From the NCBI GenBank assembly GCA_045655145.1, contig JAZOOW010000103.1:1-47359 (forward strand): 47,359 bases of DNA. Direction: 5' to 3'. The position numbers were made by a program, and so were the translations under genes. Below, one piece after another: positions 1 through 9,159 of this stretch. How positions within the stretch are numbered: the first letter of the stretch is position 1; each line of letters begins with the position of its first letter. This DNA is from Eubacteriales bacterium. GTDB lineage: Bacteria > Bacillota > Clostridia > Oscillospirales > CAG-272. The notes under the pieces were generated by a model. It worked only from the letters and a program-made list of their open reading frames with translations. It had not been told where the DNA came from and did not search any database.

Positions 1-652
1 TCTTTTGGACGAACCCTTGGGCGCGCTTGATCTCAAGCTCCGCAAGGACATGCAGAATGAACTCAAGAAGATCCAGACACAAACGGGAATTACCTTTATC
101 TACGTCACCCACGATCAGGAGGAGGCGCTCTCCATGTCCGATACCGTGGTGGTGATGCAGGACGGCGTCATCCAGCAGATCGGAACGCCGACGGATATTT
201 ATAACGAGCCTGTCAACGCTTTTGTTGCCGACTTTATTGGCGAGAGTAACATCGTAGACGGCGTGATGCTGGAGGACCGCCTGGTTTCCTTCTCCGGTCA
301 CACCTTCCCCTGTGTGGACGGCGGCTTTGCCAAGAACCAGCCTGTGGACGTTGTTGTGCGCCCCGAGGACGTGGACGTTGTCAAGCCCGAGGACGGCATG
401 CTTTGCGGCACGGTTTCCTCCGTGACCTTCAAGGGCGTGCATTACGAGATCATTGTGGATATTCACGGCTTCAAGTGGATGATCCAGACGACCGATTATG
501 TAGAAGAAAACGCCACGATCGGTCTATACATTGAGCCGGATGCCATCCATATCATGAAAAAATCCGCCTACTCCGGCCAGTTTGGCGACTACAGCTCGTA
601 CAGCGACGAGATGGATGAGATCTCCAACCCCGACGCTGTGGAGGAAGAATAA
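1..652 (+). CDS. potA: Spermidine/putrescine ABC transporter ATP-binding protein PotA, 5'-truncated by the window edge
   Basis: Frame of ORF 5..652. It begins in the Walker B/D-loop region (LDEPLGALD), has the H-loop [10 protein letters not shown], then a PotA-type C-terminal regulatory domain. It is followed directly by potBCD. Confidence 0.85.
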   Translation, partial: LLDEPLGALDLKLRKDMQNELKKIQTQTGITFIYVTHDQEEALSMSDTVVVMQDGVIQQIGTPTDIYNEPVNAFVADFIGESNIVDGVMLEDRLVSFSGHTFPCVDGGFAKNQPVDVVVRPEDVDVVKPEDGMLCGTVSSVTFKGVHYEIIVDIHGFKWMIQTTDYVEENATIGLYIEPDAIHIMKKSAYSGQFGDYSSYSDEMDEISNPDAVEEE

Positions 653-707
653 GCCTAATAATCAGATAAAGGATTTGCCCTTTGGGCTTTGGTAAAAATA
701 AAAAGAA

Positions 708-1550
708 ATGAACAAAAAGCGTTCTTTTTTGCGCGCCGCCGCCGCATACCCACATATGGTGTGGAGCGTGCTGTTCATCGTGGCGCCGCTGATTTTTGTT
801 TTGTACTATGCTTTGACGGTTGAAAATCCGGATGGCAGCTTTTCCCTTTCCCTCTCAAACCTTGCCGCCCTTGGCGGCGAGAATTACATGATGGTCTTTC
901 TTCGCTCCATCTGCTTTGCTGTCATTGCCACCGTCATCTGCCTTCTCTTGGCATACCCGCTTGCCTATTTTCTCTCTAAAAGCCGCGTTTCCTCCCAGCG
1001 TATGCTGATCATGCTGGTCATGCTTCCCATGTGGATGAACCTTCTCATCCGCACCTATTCCTGGATGAATATTCTGGAAACGAACGGTCTTATCAACAAT
1101 TTTCTCACATCGGTCGGTCTGCCGCAGGCAGAGCTCCTTGGCAACAGCTTTGCGGTGATTCTCGGTATGGTGTACAATTTCCTGCCCTACATGATCCTGC
1201 CGATCTACACCGTGATGAGCAAGATCGACACCCGTTACCTTGAGGCCGCCGCCGATCTTGGCTGTAACAATGCGCAAACCATGCTCCGCGTGGTGCTTCC
1301 ACTTTCGGTTTCCGGCATCATTTCGGGCATTACGATGGTCTTTGTTCCCTCTGTGAGTACCTTCTATATCTCGCAAAAGATGGGTAACGGCCGCTTTGAA
1401 ATGATTGGCGACACGATCGAGCGTCAATTTATGTCGAACTACGATTATCATATGGGTGCTACCCTCTCGCTTGTCCTGATGGGCATGATCATTGTGTGCC
1501 TGGCGGTCATGAACCGCTTTGGTGAAAAGGACGGAGGTGTTCTCGTATGA
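708..1550 (+). CDS. potB: Spermidine/putrescine ABC transporter permease PotB
   Basis: 280-aa multi-TM ORF with the ABC permease EAA-type loop (YLEAAADLGCNNAQTMLRVVLP). Its 4-nt overlap with potC is consistent with translational coupling. Confidence 0.85.
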   Translation: MNKKRSFLRAAAAYPHMVWSVLFIVAPLIFVLYYALTVENPDGSFSLSLSNLAALGGENYMMVFLRSICFAVIATVICLLLAYPLAYFLSKSRVSSQRMLIMLVMLPMWMNLLIRTYSWMNILETNGLINNFLTSVGLPQAELLGNSFAVILGMVYNFLPYMILPIYTVMSKIDTRYLEAAADLGCNNAQTMLRVVLPLSVSGIISGITMVFVPSVSTFYISQKMGNGRFEMIGDTIERQFMSNYDYHMGATLSLVLMGMIIVCLAVMNRFGEKDGGVLV

Positions 1551-2401
1551 AAGCACTCTCACGCACCTACATTGCTCTCATCCTGCTCTTTCTCTACGCG
1601 CCCCTTGTGATCATGGTGCTCTTTTCCTTCAATGAAGCAAACAGCCTTTCGGTCTTTACGGGCTTCTCCCTCCAATGGTATGAGGAGCTGTTTGCCAGCG
1701 AGGAGGTACTGGATGCCCTATACAACACCCTGATCTTGGCGGCAATATCCTCTCTGCTCGCCACGGTGATCGGCACCGCCGCCGCCGTTGGTATTGAAAA
1801 GCTGCGGACGCGCTGGCTGAAGACAACCATCACCACCGTATCTAACATGCCCATGATGAACCCCGATATCGTAACGGGCATTGCTATGGCACTTCTCTTT
1901 GCCTTCGCTATGAAGCTTTTCGGTCTTGAGGGCTTATACGGCTTCCCGACCGTCCTGATCGCACATACGACCTTCAACCTCCCTTACGTAATCCTTTCGG
2001 TCACGCCGAAGATCCGCCAGATGGACCGTTTTCTTCCCGAGGCGGCACTGGATCTTGGCTGCACGCCTCTGCAATCCTTCTTTAAGGTAGAGCTACCCTC
2101 CATCCTGCCCGGCGTGCTGAGCGGGCTGCTCATGTCCTTCACCCTCTCGCTTGACGATTTTGTCATCAGCTATTTCACCACCGACGGTGATTTCCAAACC
2201 CTGCCGATCTATATCTTCGGCATGACCAAGAGAACGGTAACGCCGGATATTTATTCGCTGTCCACGCTCCTGTTTGTCAGCGTGCTGCTTCTCTTGATCC
2301 TCTCCAACATTCTGCAAGGTTATGCAGAACGCAAGGAAGCACGCCTTTTGCGTGCTAAAAACCGTGCAAAACGGGAAAAGAAGGGGGGGCGTGTGTCGTG
2401 A
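1547..2401 (+). CDS. potC: Spermidine/putrescine ABC transporter permease PotC
   Basis: 284-aa multi-TM ORF with an EAA loop (EAALDLGCTPLQSFFKVELP). Overlaps both potB and potD by 4 nt. Confidence 0.85.
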   Translation: MKALSRTYIALILLFLYAPLVIMVLFSFNEANSLSVFTGFSLQWYEELFASEEVLDALYNTLILAAISSLLATVIGTAAAVGIEKLRTRWLKTTITTVSNMPMMNPDIVTGIAMALLFAFAMKLFGLEGLYGFPTVLIAHTTFNLPYVILSVTPKIRQMDRFLPEAALDLGCTPLQSFFKVELPSILPGVLSGLLMSFTLSLDDFVISYFTTDGDFQTLPIYIFGMTKRTVTPDIYSLSTLLFVSVLLLLILSNILQGYAERKEARLLRAKNRAKREKKGGRVS

Positions 2402-3852
2402 AACGCAAGATTGTTCTTGTCCTCCTCTTGATTCTGTGCTTGCTTCTCCCCACGGCACTGTCCGCCTGCTCCTTTACCAAGCCGGTACGCAAGCTCTATG
2501 TCTACAACTGGGGCGAATACCTCTCTCTTGAAACGGGAGAGGACGGCGTTCATGTCAATCACGCCTTTGAGGCATGGTATGAGGCACTCTACGGAGAAAA
2601 AGTAGAGGTAGTCTACTCTGTTTTTTCCTCCAACGAGGAAATGTATGCCAAGCTCAAAAACGGCGCCTCACGCATTGATCTGATCGTCCCCTCGGAGTAC
2701 ATGGTCGAGCGTTTGATGAAGGAGGATATGCTCCTGCCGATCGATTACAGCCTGATCCCCACTTATGAGGACACGATAGAGCCGCGTTTTCAAGCCATGG
2801 CGACCAAGCCCTACTGTGTTCCCTATACCTACGGATATCTCGGTCTGATCTATGATGCCTCCATTGACGAGGCACTCCGTGACGAGAACGGCGAGATCAG
2901 CTGGCGTGTCCTGTGGAATCAGCTCCCCAACAAGGATGTGGATCTTTCCGGAAACATTCTGAGCTTCAACAACAGCCGTGATGCCTTTGGTATTGCGCAG
3001 TTTTTGCTCAACTACGAAAAGAGCCGTGAGCTTTCCCTGCCGCTTGGCACCGACCTCTATGTGAACTCCACCGACCGTGCGCGCTGGGACGAGGTCTACG
3101 CCCTGCTTTGTGAGCAACGCGGTGTGCTTCAGGCGTACGTCATGGACGAGATCTACAACAAAATGGAAGGCGGGCATGCGCTGCTTGCCTCCTACTATGC
3201 GGGCGACTACTTCACCATGGTCGGCGTCAATGAAGATCTGTGCTTTGCCTACCCCAAGGAGGGTACCAACTTCTTCTACGATGCCATGTGCATTCCGAAG
3301 GATGCCAAAAACGCCGATCTGGCACACGCCTACATCAGCTTCATGCTGGGCGGTGCTGAGGGCGAGGCATTGGATATTGCCATCGCCAATGCAGAATGGG
3401 TTGGTTACTCCTCTCCGAACCTGCTCGTATCCACCAATCCCGACTATCTTGCTGATATGATCGACGAGGAGGACGGCTACGGTGCGGATGCGCTCTCGAT
3501 CCTTTATCCCGATACGGACACGGAGGCACTTCTTTCCCTCATAGAGCCGTATGCGGAATGGCGCGCCGCCGAGATGGAGGAAAATGATGGCGAGTATGAC
3601 ATCGAGGACTATGAGGGCGAGCTCCCTGATGCCGCTTTCTTTGCAGAGAACAAGCAGGCCTTCGTTACCTACATCTACGAAAATCTCGATAACGAAACAT
3701 TGGAATACGCGAACGGCCGTTGGGAGGCCTTGAAGCTGGAGAGCACGCCTGCTACCGACATTTATATCATGAGCGGTGTGATCGTCCTTGTCCTGATGGG
3801 AATCGGGCTTCTCTACTTCTTCCTCCTCCGTTACCGCGCCCGCTTCTATTAA
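2398..3852 (+). CDS. potD: PotD-family polyamine-binding lipoprotein with an acidic C-terminal extension and a C-terminal TM anchor
   Basis: Signal peptide with lipobox LSAC. PotD-like core (KLYVYNWGEYLS...). It then carries an extra acidic stretch and a terminal hydrophobic helix (IMSGVIVLVLMGIGLLYFFLL) followed by RYRARFY. Confidence 0.8.
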   Translation: MKRKIVLVLLLILCLLLPTALSACSFTKPVRKLYVYNWGEYLSLETGEDGVHVNHAFEAWYEALYGEKVEVVYSVFSSNEEMYAKLKNGASRIDLIVPSEYMVERLMKEDMLLPIDYSLIPTYEDTIEPRFQAMATKPYCVPYTYGYLGLIYDASIDEALRDENGEISWRVLWNQLPNKDVDLSGNILSFNNSRDAFGIAQFLLNYEKSRELSLPLGTDLYVNSTDRARWDEVYALLCEQRGVLQAYVMDEIYNKMEGGHALLASYYAGDYFTMVGVNEDLCFAYPKEGTNFFYDAMCIPKDAKNADLAHAYISFMLGGAEGEALDIAIANAEWVGYSSPNLLVSTNPDYLADMIDEEDGYGADALSILYPDTDTEALLSLIEPYAEWRAAEMEENDGEYDIEDYEGELPDAAFFAENKQAFVTYIYENLDNETLEYANGRWEALKLESTPATDIYIMSGVIVLVLMGIGLLYFFLLRYRARFY

Positions 3853-3860
3853 ACCCCTGT

Positions 3861-3897
3861 CCGCTTTGCGATTTTTTCGCAAAGCGGATATTTTTTT
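3861..3897 (+). terminator. Rho-independent terminator after potD
   Basis: CCGCTTTGCGA-TTTTT-TCGCAAAGCGG stem-loop followed by ATATTTTTTT. Confidence 0.8.
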
Positions 3898-3907
3898 CGT
3901 TTTTCCC

Positions 3908-3936
3908 TTGACAAATCGGCAAAATACTGGTATAAT
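3908..3936 (+). promoter_or_regulatory. Consensus sigma-70-type promoter for rpmH
   Basis: TTGACA (3908..3913), 17-nt spacer, TATAAT (3931..3936) preceded by TGg (extended -10). It lies about 90 nt upstream of the rpmH ATG. Confidence 0.7.
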
Positions 3937-4025
3937 ATGTTGTGCTTTATTGGGAATATGCTGCACATGGGCGTCGCAAAGCGGCCGCCTCACCATTTCA
4001 GCTTAAAATAAAGGAGGTTCTCATC

Positions 4026-4160
4026 ATGATCAGAACATATCAACCGAAGAAGCGTCAGAGAAAAAAAGAGCATGGCTTCCGCAAGAGAATGGCTACTGCC
4101 AACGGCAGAAAGGTTCTCCACAGAAGACGCGCAAAGGGCAGAGCTCGTCTGACCTATTGA
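4026..4160 (+). CDS. rpmH: 50S ribosomal protein L34
   Basis: [47 protein letters not shown] at 4026 is preceded by AAGGAGG. The longer track ORF starting at 3942 is an upstream in-frame extension. Confidence 0.95.
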   Translation: MIRTYQPKKRQRKKEHGFRKRMATANGRKVLHRRRAKGRARLTY

Positions 4161-4220
4161 TTTTCGTCATAAACGGCGCATAGCCGAACAGTCATGCGTC
4201 GTGAGATGACAATAAAGAAC

Positions 4221-4261
4221 TCCCGATAATCACGCAATGTGTCTTATCGGGATTTTGTTTT
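4221..4261 (+). terminator. Rho-independent terminator after rpmH
   Basis: TCCCGATAA ... TTATCGGGA stem followed by TTTTGTTTT. Confidence 0.7.
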
Positions 4262-4300
4262 ATCCTAGGTTAATCCGACCAATTAATCTATCCGAGGCAG

Positions 4301-4687
4301 GTGTCAGGATTGAAATTCAGAGCAATCTGCGAAAATCATCTGTATTCCAAAGCATATTCCAAGGGCAGAAGGGCGGTTACCCGCCTCATTGCCGTGTACG
4401 TCCTTAACGACTACGCGGCAGAAAAGCTACGCCGTGCCCACCCGCAGAAGAGGCGCGTCAACCGCATCGGCTTGACCGTAACCAAGAAGCTGGGGGGTGC
4501 TGTCACGCGCAACCGTACCAAGCGGATCCTGCGTGAGGCGTACCGTGCGGTACAAAAGGAGTACCGCATCAAAACGGGGTATCTGGTCGTCATCGCCGCC
4601 CGTGAAGCGGCTACGACTGCAAAATCCACCGAGATTGCAAGGGATCTTACCTACGCCCTTGGCAAGCTCAACATGCTCGCGTCATGA
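4301..4687 (+). CDS. rnpA: Ribonuclease P protein component
   Basis: 128-aa basic ORF with the RnpA motif region (IGLTVTKKLGGAVTRNRTKRILREAYR). GTG start after GAGGCAG. Canonical position after rpmH. Confidence 0.85.
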   Translation: MSGLKFRAICENHLYSKAYSKGRRAVTRLIAVYVLNDYAAEKLRRAHPQKRRVNRIGLTVTKKLGGAVTRNRTKRILREAYRAVQKEYRIKTGYLVVIAAREAATTAKSTEIARDLTYALGKLNMLAS

Positions 4688-4962
4688 AATATTTGTGTAT
4701 CGGCCTCATCCGACTTTACCGTCGGTTTATCTCTCCGTGGAAGCCGAAGTGTTGCAGATTTACCCCGACCTGCTCTGCTTATGCGCTGGAAGCGTATAGG
4801 ACGCGAGGCTTTTTTGTCGGAACTGCGCTCACCGTGTCACGCATCTGTCGGTGCAACCCCTTTTGCCGCCCGGGATACGATCCCGTCCCGCAAAGGAAGC
4901 CGAAGCGTGTGCCTATCTCCGAGTGCCCCACCGACAAGGAAAATAACTGTGATTGGAAGTAA
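4684..4962 (+). CDS. yidD: Membrane protein insertion efficiency factor YidD
   Basis: LIRLYRRFISPWKPKCCRFTPTCSAYALEAYRTRG...CNPFCRPGYDPVP, which is the YidD signature. Overlaps the rnpA stop. Confidence 0.9.
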   Translation: MKYLCIGLIRLYRRFISPWKPKCCRFTPTCSAYALEAYRTRGFFVGTALTVSRICRCNPFCRPGYDPVPQRKPKRVPISECPTDKENNCDWK

Positions 4963-4967
4963 AAAAC

Positions 4968-6071
4968 ATGCTTGATTGGATCGCATCTATATTCAAGTAT
5001 CCCATGCAATGGTTCTATCAGCTGACGGGCGATAACTACCTCTTGGCATTGATCCTGTTTGCTCTCTTTGTCAAGATCCTCGTTCTCCCCTTCTCTATCC
5101 GTCAGCAGAAAACCCAGATCAAGGGAGCCAAGCTGCGCCCGAAGATCGCCATCATCGAAAAGAAGTACCAAGGAAAAAGAGATCCCGCCGTTCTACAACA
5201 AAAGCAGCAGGAGATCATGGAGCTTCAGCAAAAGGAGGGCTATTCTCCCCTTGCGGGCTGTCTGCCGCTCCTCATCCAGCTTCCTGTCTTCCTTGGCCTG
5301 TATCAGGTTGTCAGAAAGCCGCTGACCTATCTCATGAATGCCACCAATGAAGCCGTACAGAGGCTTTGCGATTTTGCAGGAGCCCAGCAGGGTGATATTG
5401 CAAATCCCATCACCTACTCGGTTGAGGATCAGATTCCGTTGATGAACAAGCTTTTAAGCACACCCGGCTTTGATCCGACAGAGTACGGTATCGAGGCACT
5501 CCCGAATCTGACCTATGGCCCCTTCAACCTCGGTGATATACCGAATATTGGGGCATTCAACTGGTTGCTTCTCATTCCTCTGCTCTCCTTTGTTTTCTCC
5601 TTCCTTTCGATGAAGATCACGCGCAAGCTTAACTCTCCCGTTATGACTGCGCAAGCACCCGAAACCGAGATGTCCAATAAGATCATGGACATGCTCATGC
5701 CTCTAATGAGCGTATTCATCTCCTTTACACTCCCTGCCGCCTTTGGCGTATATTGGCTGTTTGGCTATGTTTTCGGCATCATTCAAACGATCATCATGGC
5801 CAAGGCAATGCCTCTTCCCACCTTTACGGAGGAGGAGCTTCGCCAGTATGAAAAGGAAATGAAGTCCTCCCGCGCACGGAGTAGCTACCAGCGTGCCGCA
5901 TCAAGCGGCCCCGTCCGTTCCCGCCACCACATCGACGACGATGACGATGACATCCCTGTCAGCAAGCCTGCCCAAAAACCGCAGCAAAAAAAGCAAAACG
6001 GGAAGGCCGGCGCGCGCAAGCAGGGCGTAGAATCTGCACCGATCAAAGACGATTCCGACAAAAACAAATAA
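4968..6071 (+). CDS. yidC: YidC/Oxa1-family membrane protein insertase with a long charged C-terminal tail
   Basis: YidC core (LALILFALFVKILVLPFSIRQQK ... GCLPLLIQLPVFLGLYQV ...) plus a tail containing DDDDDD and a K/Q-rich segment. ATG at 4968; an alternative TTG start lies at 4953. Confidence 0.88.
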   Translation: MLDWIASIFKYPMQWFYQLTGDNYLLALILFALFVKILVLPFSIRQQKTQIKGAKLRPKIAIIEKKYQGKRDPAVLQQKQQEIMELQQKEGYSPLAGCLPLLIQLPVFLGLYQVVRKPLTYLMNATNEAVQRLCDFAGAQQGDIANPITYSVEDQIPLMNKLLSTPGFDPTEYGIEALPNLTYGPFNLGDIPNIGAFNWLLLIPLLSFVFSFLSMKITRKLNSPVMTAQAPETEMSNKIMDMLMPLMSVFISFTLPAAFGVYWLFGYVFGIIQTIIMAKAMPLPTFTEEELRQYEKEMKSSRARSSYQRAASSGPVRSRHHIDDDDDDIPVSKPAQKPQQKKQNGKAGARKQGVESAPIKDDSDKNK

Positions 6072-6086
6072 GAGAGGATCTGTACC

Positions 6087-6911
6087 GTGAAACGTGAAAT
6101 CATCGCAACCGGTAAGGACATCCGTGAGGCGCAGGCAAACGCCGCCACCCTCCTCGGTGCCTCCGATACCGATACTATCACCTATGAGGTTTTGGAATTC
6201 CCTACCAGGGGACTGTTCGGTCTTGGCGCAAAGCCCGCCAAGGTCAAGGCATCTATTGAACTTCCCGACGAGCCCAAGCGCGCTCCTCGCCACGGCAAGG
6301 AGAAAAAGTCCGCCGAGCCGAAGCCCGAGATTCCCCCGATGCCCAAAAAGGCCGCCCCTGTGCGTGAGGCTATGAAGCCCGACAGCGAGATCGTGCTGAC
6401 CAAGCTGGAGGCTGCCGCAGGCGAGGATCTTTCCTTTGATTTTGTGAACAAGCTGATCGAGAATTTGGGTATTAACGCAAGCGCAACGCTTTACCGCCAG
6501 GATGAGGGCGGTCGCCGCATCTGCATTGACGGTGAGGATGCCGGCATGCTGATCGGTCACCATGGAGAAACGTTGGATGCCCTCCAATACCTCTCCAATC
6601 TTGCCTGTGCGAAGAAGAATGTACACGGCGAGCGTTTGCACGATCATGTGACCGTGGACATTGAGGGCTACCGTGCAAAGCGTGAGGACACCCTGCGTGC
6701 GTTGGCACGCCGTACCGCCGCCAAGGCACTGAAGAACAGACGGAATGTTATGCTGGAGCCGATGAACGCGTATGAGCGCCGCATCATTCACTCCGAGGTG
6801 CAGGGCATTGCCGGTGTTTCTACGAATTCTATCGGCTCAGAGAACAATCGCCGTGTGGTGATCTATCTCTCCGAGGACAGTGCCGAAGCAGGTGCTGAAG
6901 AAAATGTATAA
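6087..6911 (+). CDS. jag: Jag/KhpB RNA-binding protein (Jag_N, KH and R3H domains)
   Basis: GTG start after GAGAGGA. The C-terminus has the R3H motif (YERRIIHSEVQGIAGVSTNSIGSENNRRVVI). Conserved position after yidC. Confidence 0.85.
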   Translation: MKREIIATGKDIREAQANAATLLGASDTDTITYEVLEFPTRGLFGLGAKPAKVKASIELPDEPKRAPRHGKEKKSAEPKPEIPPMPKKAAPVREAMKPDSEIVLTKLEAAAGEDLSFDFVNKLIENLGINASATLYRQDEGGRRICIDGEDAGMLIGHHGETLDALQYLSNLACAKKNVHGERLHDHVTVDIEGYRAKREDTLRALARRTAAKALKNRRNVMLEPMNAYERRIIHSEVQGIAGVSTNSIGSENNRRVVIYLSEDSAEAGAEENV

Positions 6912-8286
6912 TCCGGACGCAACGATCGCGGCCATTGCAACCCCACCCGGCAAGGGTGGGGTTGCGCTTATCCGTGTATCGGGCAAGGACGCGGTACGAA
7001 CAGTTGCCCCTTGTGTGCGCCTGCGGAGCGGCCTATCTCTCAATGAGCTTCCCCCGCGGCGCACGGCCTATGCGGATTTTTATGAAAATGGAGAAATCAT
7101 TGACGATGTGCTGGTTACCGTTTTCCGTGCCCCCCACTCCTACACCGGTGAGGATACGGTTGAGGTGTCCTGCCACGGCGGAACATTACTGACAAGGACT
7201 GTGTTGGCTTCGCTCCTGACTGCCGGCGCGATTTTGGCAGAGCCGGGAGAATTTACACGCCGTGCCATGCTTTCGGGACGTCTCACCCTGACCGAGGCAG
7301 AGGGGATCGGTTCTCTGCTTGAAGCAAAGAGCCGCGCACAGCTCAGCCTGTCGGCCGCCCCCGCACGCACAAGGCTCTCCCGTTCGCTTGCCGATCTGCG
7401 TGCTTCCCTGCTTGCTCTGATCAGCACGCTGTATGCCAAGATCGATTATCCCGAGGAGGATCTGGCAGATCTCTCTGATGCCGAGATCTGCTCCTCGCTT
7501 TCCGCGCTTCTATCCGATATTGATAAGCTGCTCCGCACCTATGCAACAGGGCATGCCATCAATGAAGGCATCCCTACCGTGCTTTGCGGTGCCCCTAATG
7601 TAGGAAAAAGCTCACTTTACAATCTCCTCACAGGTGAGGAGCTTGCCATCGTAACCGAGCATGCCGGCACAACGCGCGACGTGCTTTCTGTCACGGCAAG
7701 CGCAGGACGGGTGCTTTTGCACCTCTCCGACACCGCCGGCCTGCGGGAAAGCAACGATCCCGTAGAACAGATCGGCGTATCGCGCAGTCGCACGCAAATG
7801 GATGCCGCCGAGCTTCTTCTTGCCGTGTTTGACGGCACCCGTGTGTTGGGGGAGAGCGACCGTGCGCTCCTTTCCTACCTCAAGGACTGCGGAAAATGCA
7901 CCGTGGCCATCATCAATAAGACCGACATGGACATCTGCATAGAGGAAGCGGAAATTGCAAGTGCCACCACCAATATCGTGCATCTTTCTGCCAAAACAGG
8001 AGAAGGACGAGAGGATCTGATTGCTTGTATTGAGCACCTTTTCACAGACGAGACACTTGTGCTTGGCAATGAGGGAATTCTATCCTCGGCTCGTCAGCAT
8101 GCGGCACTTCTGCGCGCACGTGAGGCAGTTGTGCGCTCCTACAACGCTTTCTCTTGCGGCTATCCGGCCGATCTTGCTTCAAGCGATCTTGAACTGGCAC
8201 TCGCAGAATTTTCGGCACTGGACGGCCACACCGTCAACGAGGAGATCATCAACGATATTTTCAGCCGTTTTTGCCTTGGCAAATAA
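6904..8286 (+). CDS. mnmE: tRNA uridine-5-carboxymethylaminomethyl modification GTPase MnmE
   Basis: DTIAAIATPPGKGGVALIRVSG N-terminus, G-domain GAPNVGKSSLYN...DTAG...NKTD, and C-terminal FCLGK. ATG at 6904 is preferred over the track start at 6880. Confidence 0.92.
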   Translation: MYNPDATIAAIATPPGKGGVALIRVSGKDAVRTVAPCVRLRSGLSLNELPPRRTAYADFYENGEIIDDVLVTVFRAPHSYTGEDTVEVSCHGGTLLTRTVLASLLTAGAILAEPGEFTRRAMLSGRLTLTEAEGIGSLLEAKSRAQLSLSAAPARTRLSRSLADLRASLLALISTLYAKIDYPEEDLADLSDAEICSSLSALLSDIDKLLRTYATGHAINEGIPTVLCGAPNVGKSSLYNLLTGEELAIVTEHAGTTRDVLSVTASAGRVLLHLSDTAGLRESNDPVEQIGVSRSRTQMDAAELLLAVFDGTRVLGESDRALLSYLKDCGKCTVAIINKTDMDICIEEAEIASATTNIVHLSAKTGEGREDLIACIEHLFTDETLVLGNEGILSSARQHAALLRAREAVVRSYNAFSCGYPADLASSDLELALAEFSALDGHTVNEEIINDIFSRFCLGK

Positions 8287-8291
8287 AAAGA

Positions 8292-8325
8292 GGCCACCCG
8301 TGTGTTCTGAACTACACGGGCAGCC
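8292..8325. terminator. Stem-loop between convergent mnmE and the 8342..8704 gene (member A of the CCCGTGTG hairpin family)
   Basis: GGCCACCCGTGTGTTCTGAACTACACGGGCAGCC. The A-run on the left gives a U-run for the minus-strand gene. Confidence 0.65.
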
Positions 8326-8341
8326 TAAGCGGACCTATACG

Positions 8342-8704
8342 CTATTCCTCCCTACTACGCAAATACGGCGCGATCCACAGCACTGCCACGACAACGGACA
8401 GGGCTGTTAATGCCATGACCGTCCCGACAAGCAGGGATGAGGCATCGCGTTCATCCATCTCGAGAAGTGCTTCCTCCTCTGCCCCCCCTGCGTCCGCTGT
8501 GTCTGTTTCTTCAGAAACGGCATTTCCGTACGGTGCCTCACGCTCCTGTACGCTACACGGCATGATCCTCTTGCTTGCAGCATGCTGCACGGCAGGCAGG
8601 GATGTGCGCCCCATCGGTTGCCCATATATAACCGCACCGCCCATAAGCAAAAGGCTCACAAGCAAAAACCCCATGATCCAAAAAGCATCCTTTTTCATTT
8701 TCAT
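8342..8704 (-). CDS. Hypothetical small membrane protein (N- and C-terminal TM helices, acidic middle)
   Basis: 120-aa ORF with AGGAG upstream. Hydrophobic segments are FWIMGFLLVSLLLMGGAVIY and LLVGTVMALTALSVVVAVLWIA. I recognise no family. Confidence 0.55.
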   Translation of the reverse strand: MKMKKDAFWIMGFLLVSLLLMGGAVIYGQPMGRTSLPAVQHAASKRIMPCSVQEREAPYGNAVSEETDTADAGGAEEEALLEMDERDASSLLVGTVMALTALSVVVAVLWIAPYLRSREE

Positions 8705-8773
8705 TTTCTCCTATGATGATGCTTTTCTTATTTTGCACAATTTTTCCGATTTTATAATGAAGGAAGTATACCT

Positions 8774-9106
8774 ATGGAAGGCAAACGCTTTCAGAAAAAT
8801 GACGACGGCTTTGTTTGCCGCAACTGTGGGCTCACCGTAGCACCGCTCGGCTACTCGTCACGCAATCACTGTCCTCACTGTCTTTGCTCTCTGCACGTGG
8901 ATATTCAGCCCGGTGATCGCGCCAACCCATGCGGCGGTATCCTGCGCCCCATCCGCGTAGAGCCGGACTCCAAAAAGGGATATGTGATCATTCACCGCTG
9001 TGACAAGTGCGGCGAGCTCCGCCGCAACCGCGCGGCACATGAGGCCAAAACACAGCCCGACGATCTTGCGCTTTTGATCCGCTTGACCGCAGGACAGGGC
9101 TTTTGA
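8774..9106 (+). CDS. RNHCP-domain zinc-ribbon protein
   Basis: Contains the eponymous SRNHCPHCL motif plus CRNCG and CDKCG Cys pairs. GAAGGAAG lies upstream of the ATG. Confidence 0.75.
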   Translation: MEGKRFQKNDDGFVCRNCGLTVAPLGYSSRNHCPHCLCSLHVDIQPGDRANPCGGILRPIRVEPDSKKGYVIIHRCDKCGELRRNRAAHEAKTQPDDLALLIRLTAGQGF

Positions 9107-9115
9107 TCCGCATAA

Positions 9116-9154
9116 CAAAAAAGGGAGAACGAATTTCTTCGTTCTCCCTTTTTT
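9116..9154. terminator. Bidirectional rho-independent terminator (RNHCP gene / rplQ)
   Basis: AAAAAA-GGGAGAACGAA-TTTC-TTCGTTCTCCC-TTTTTT. Confidence 0.85.
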
Positions 9155-9159
9155 ACTGC

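Noticed and set aside
3942-4025. N-terminal extensions of track ORFs: rpmH from 3942, rpmD to 16278, rplE to 18918, rplB to 22909, rplC to 24503, rpsJ to 24943, fucI to 33333, aroC to 39263, the aminotransferase to 42623 and TetR from 45550.
   Set aside because: In each case an internal ATG preceded by a good SD reproduces the conserved family N-terminus. The extensions are just in-frame upstream sequence.
3853-4300. Possible oriC / DnaA-box cluster next to rpmH, and in the AT-rich 25180..25340 region.
   Set aside because: No dnaA or dnaN gene is present. I found only isolated relaxed matches (for example TGTGCAAAA near 25296) and no cluster of TTATCCACA-type boxes. The AT-rich tract is better explained as promoter-upstream curved DNA.
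8271-8840. 189-aa + strand ORF spanning the mnmE stop to the RNHCP gene.
   Set aside because: It is antisense to the more protein-like two-TM ORF at 8342..8704, runs through the terminator hairpin and the intergenic promoter region, and has a Ser/Ala/Thr-rich composition with no SD.
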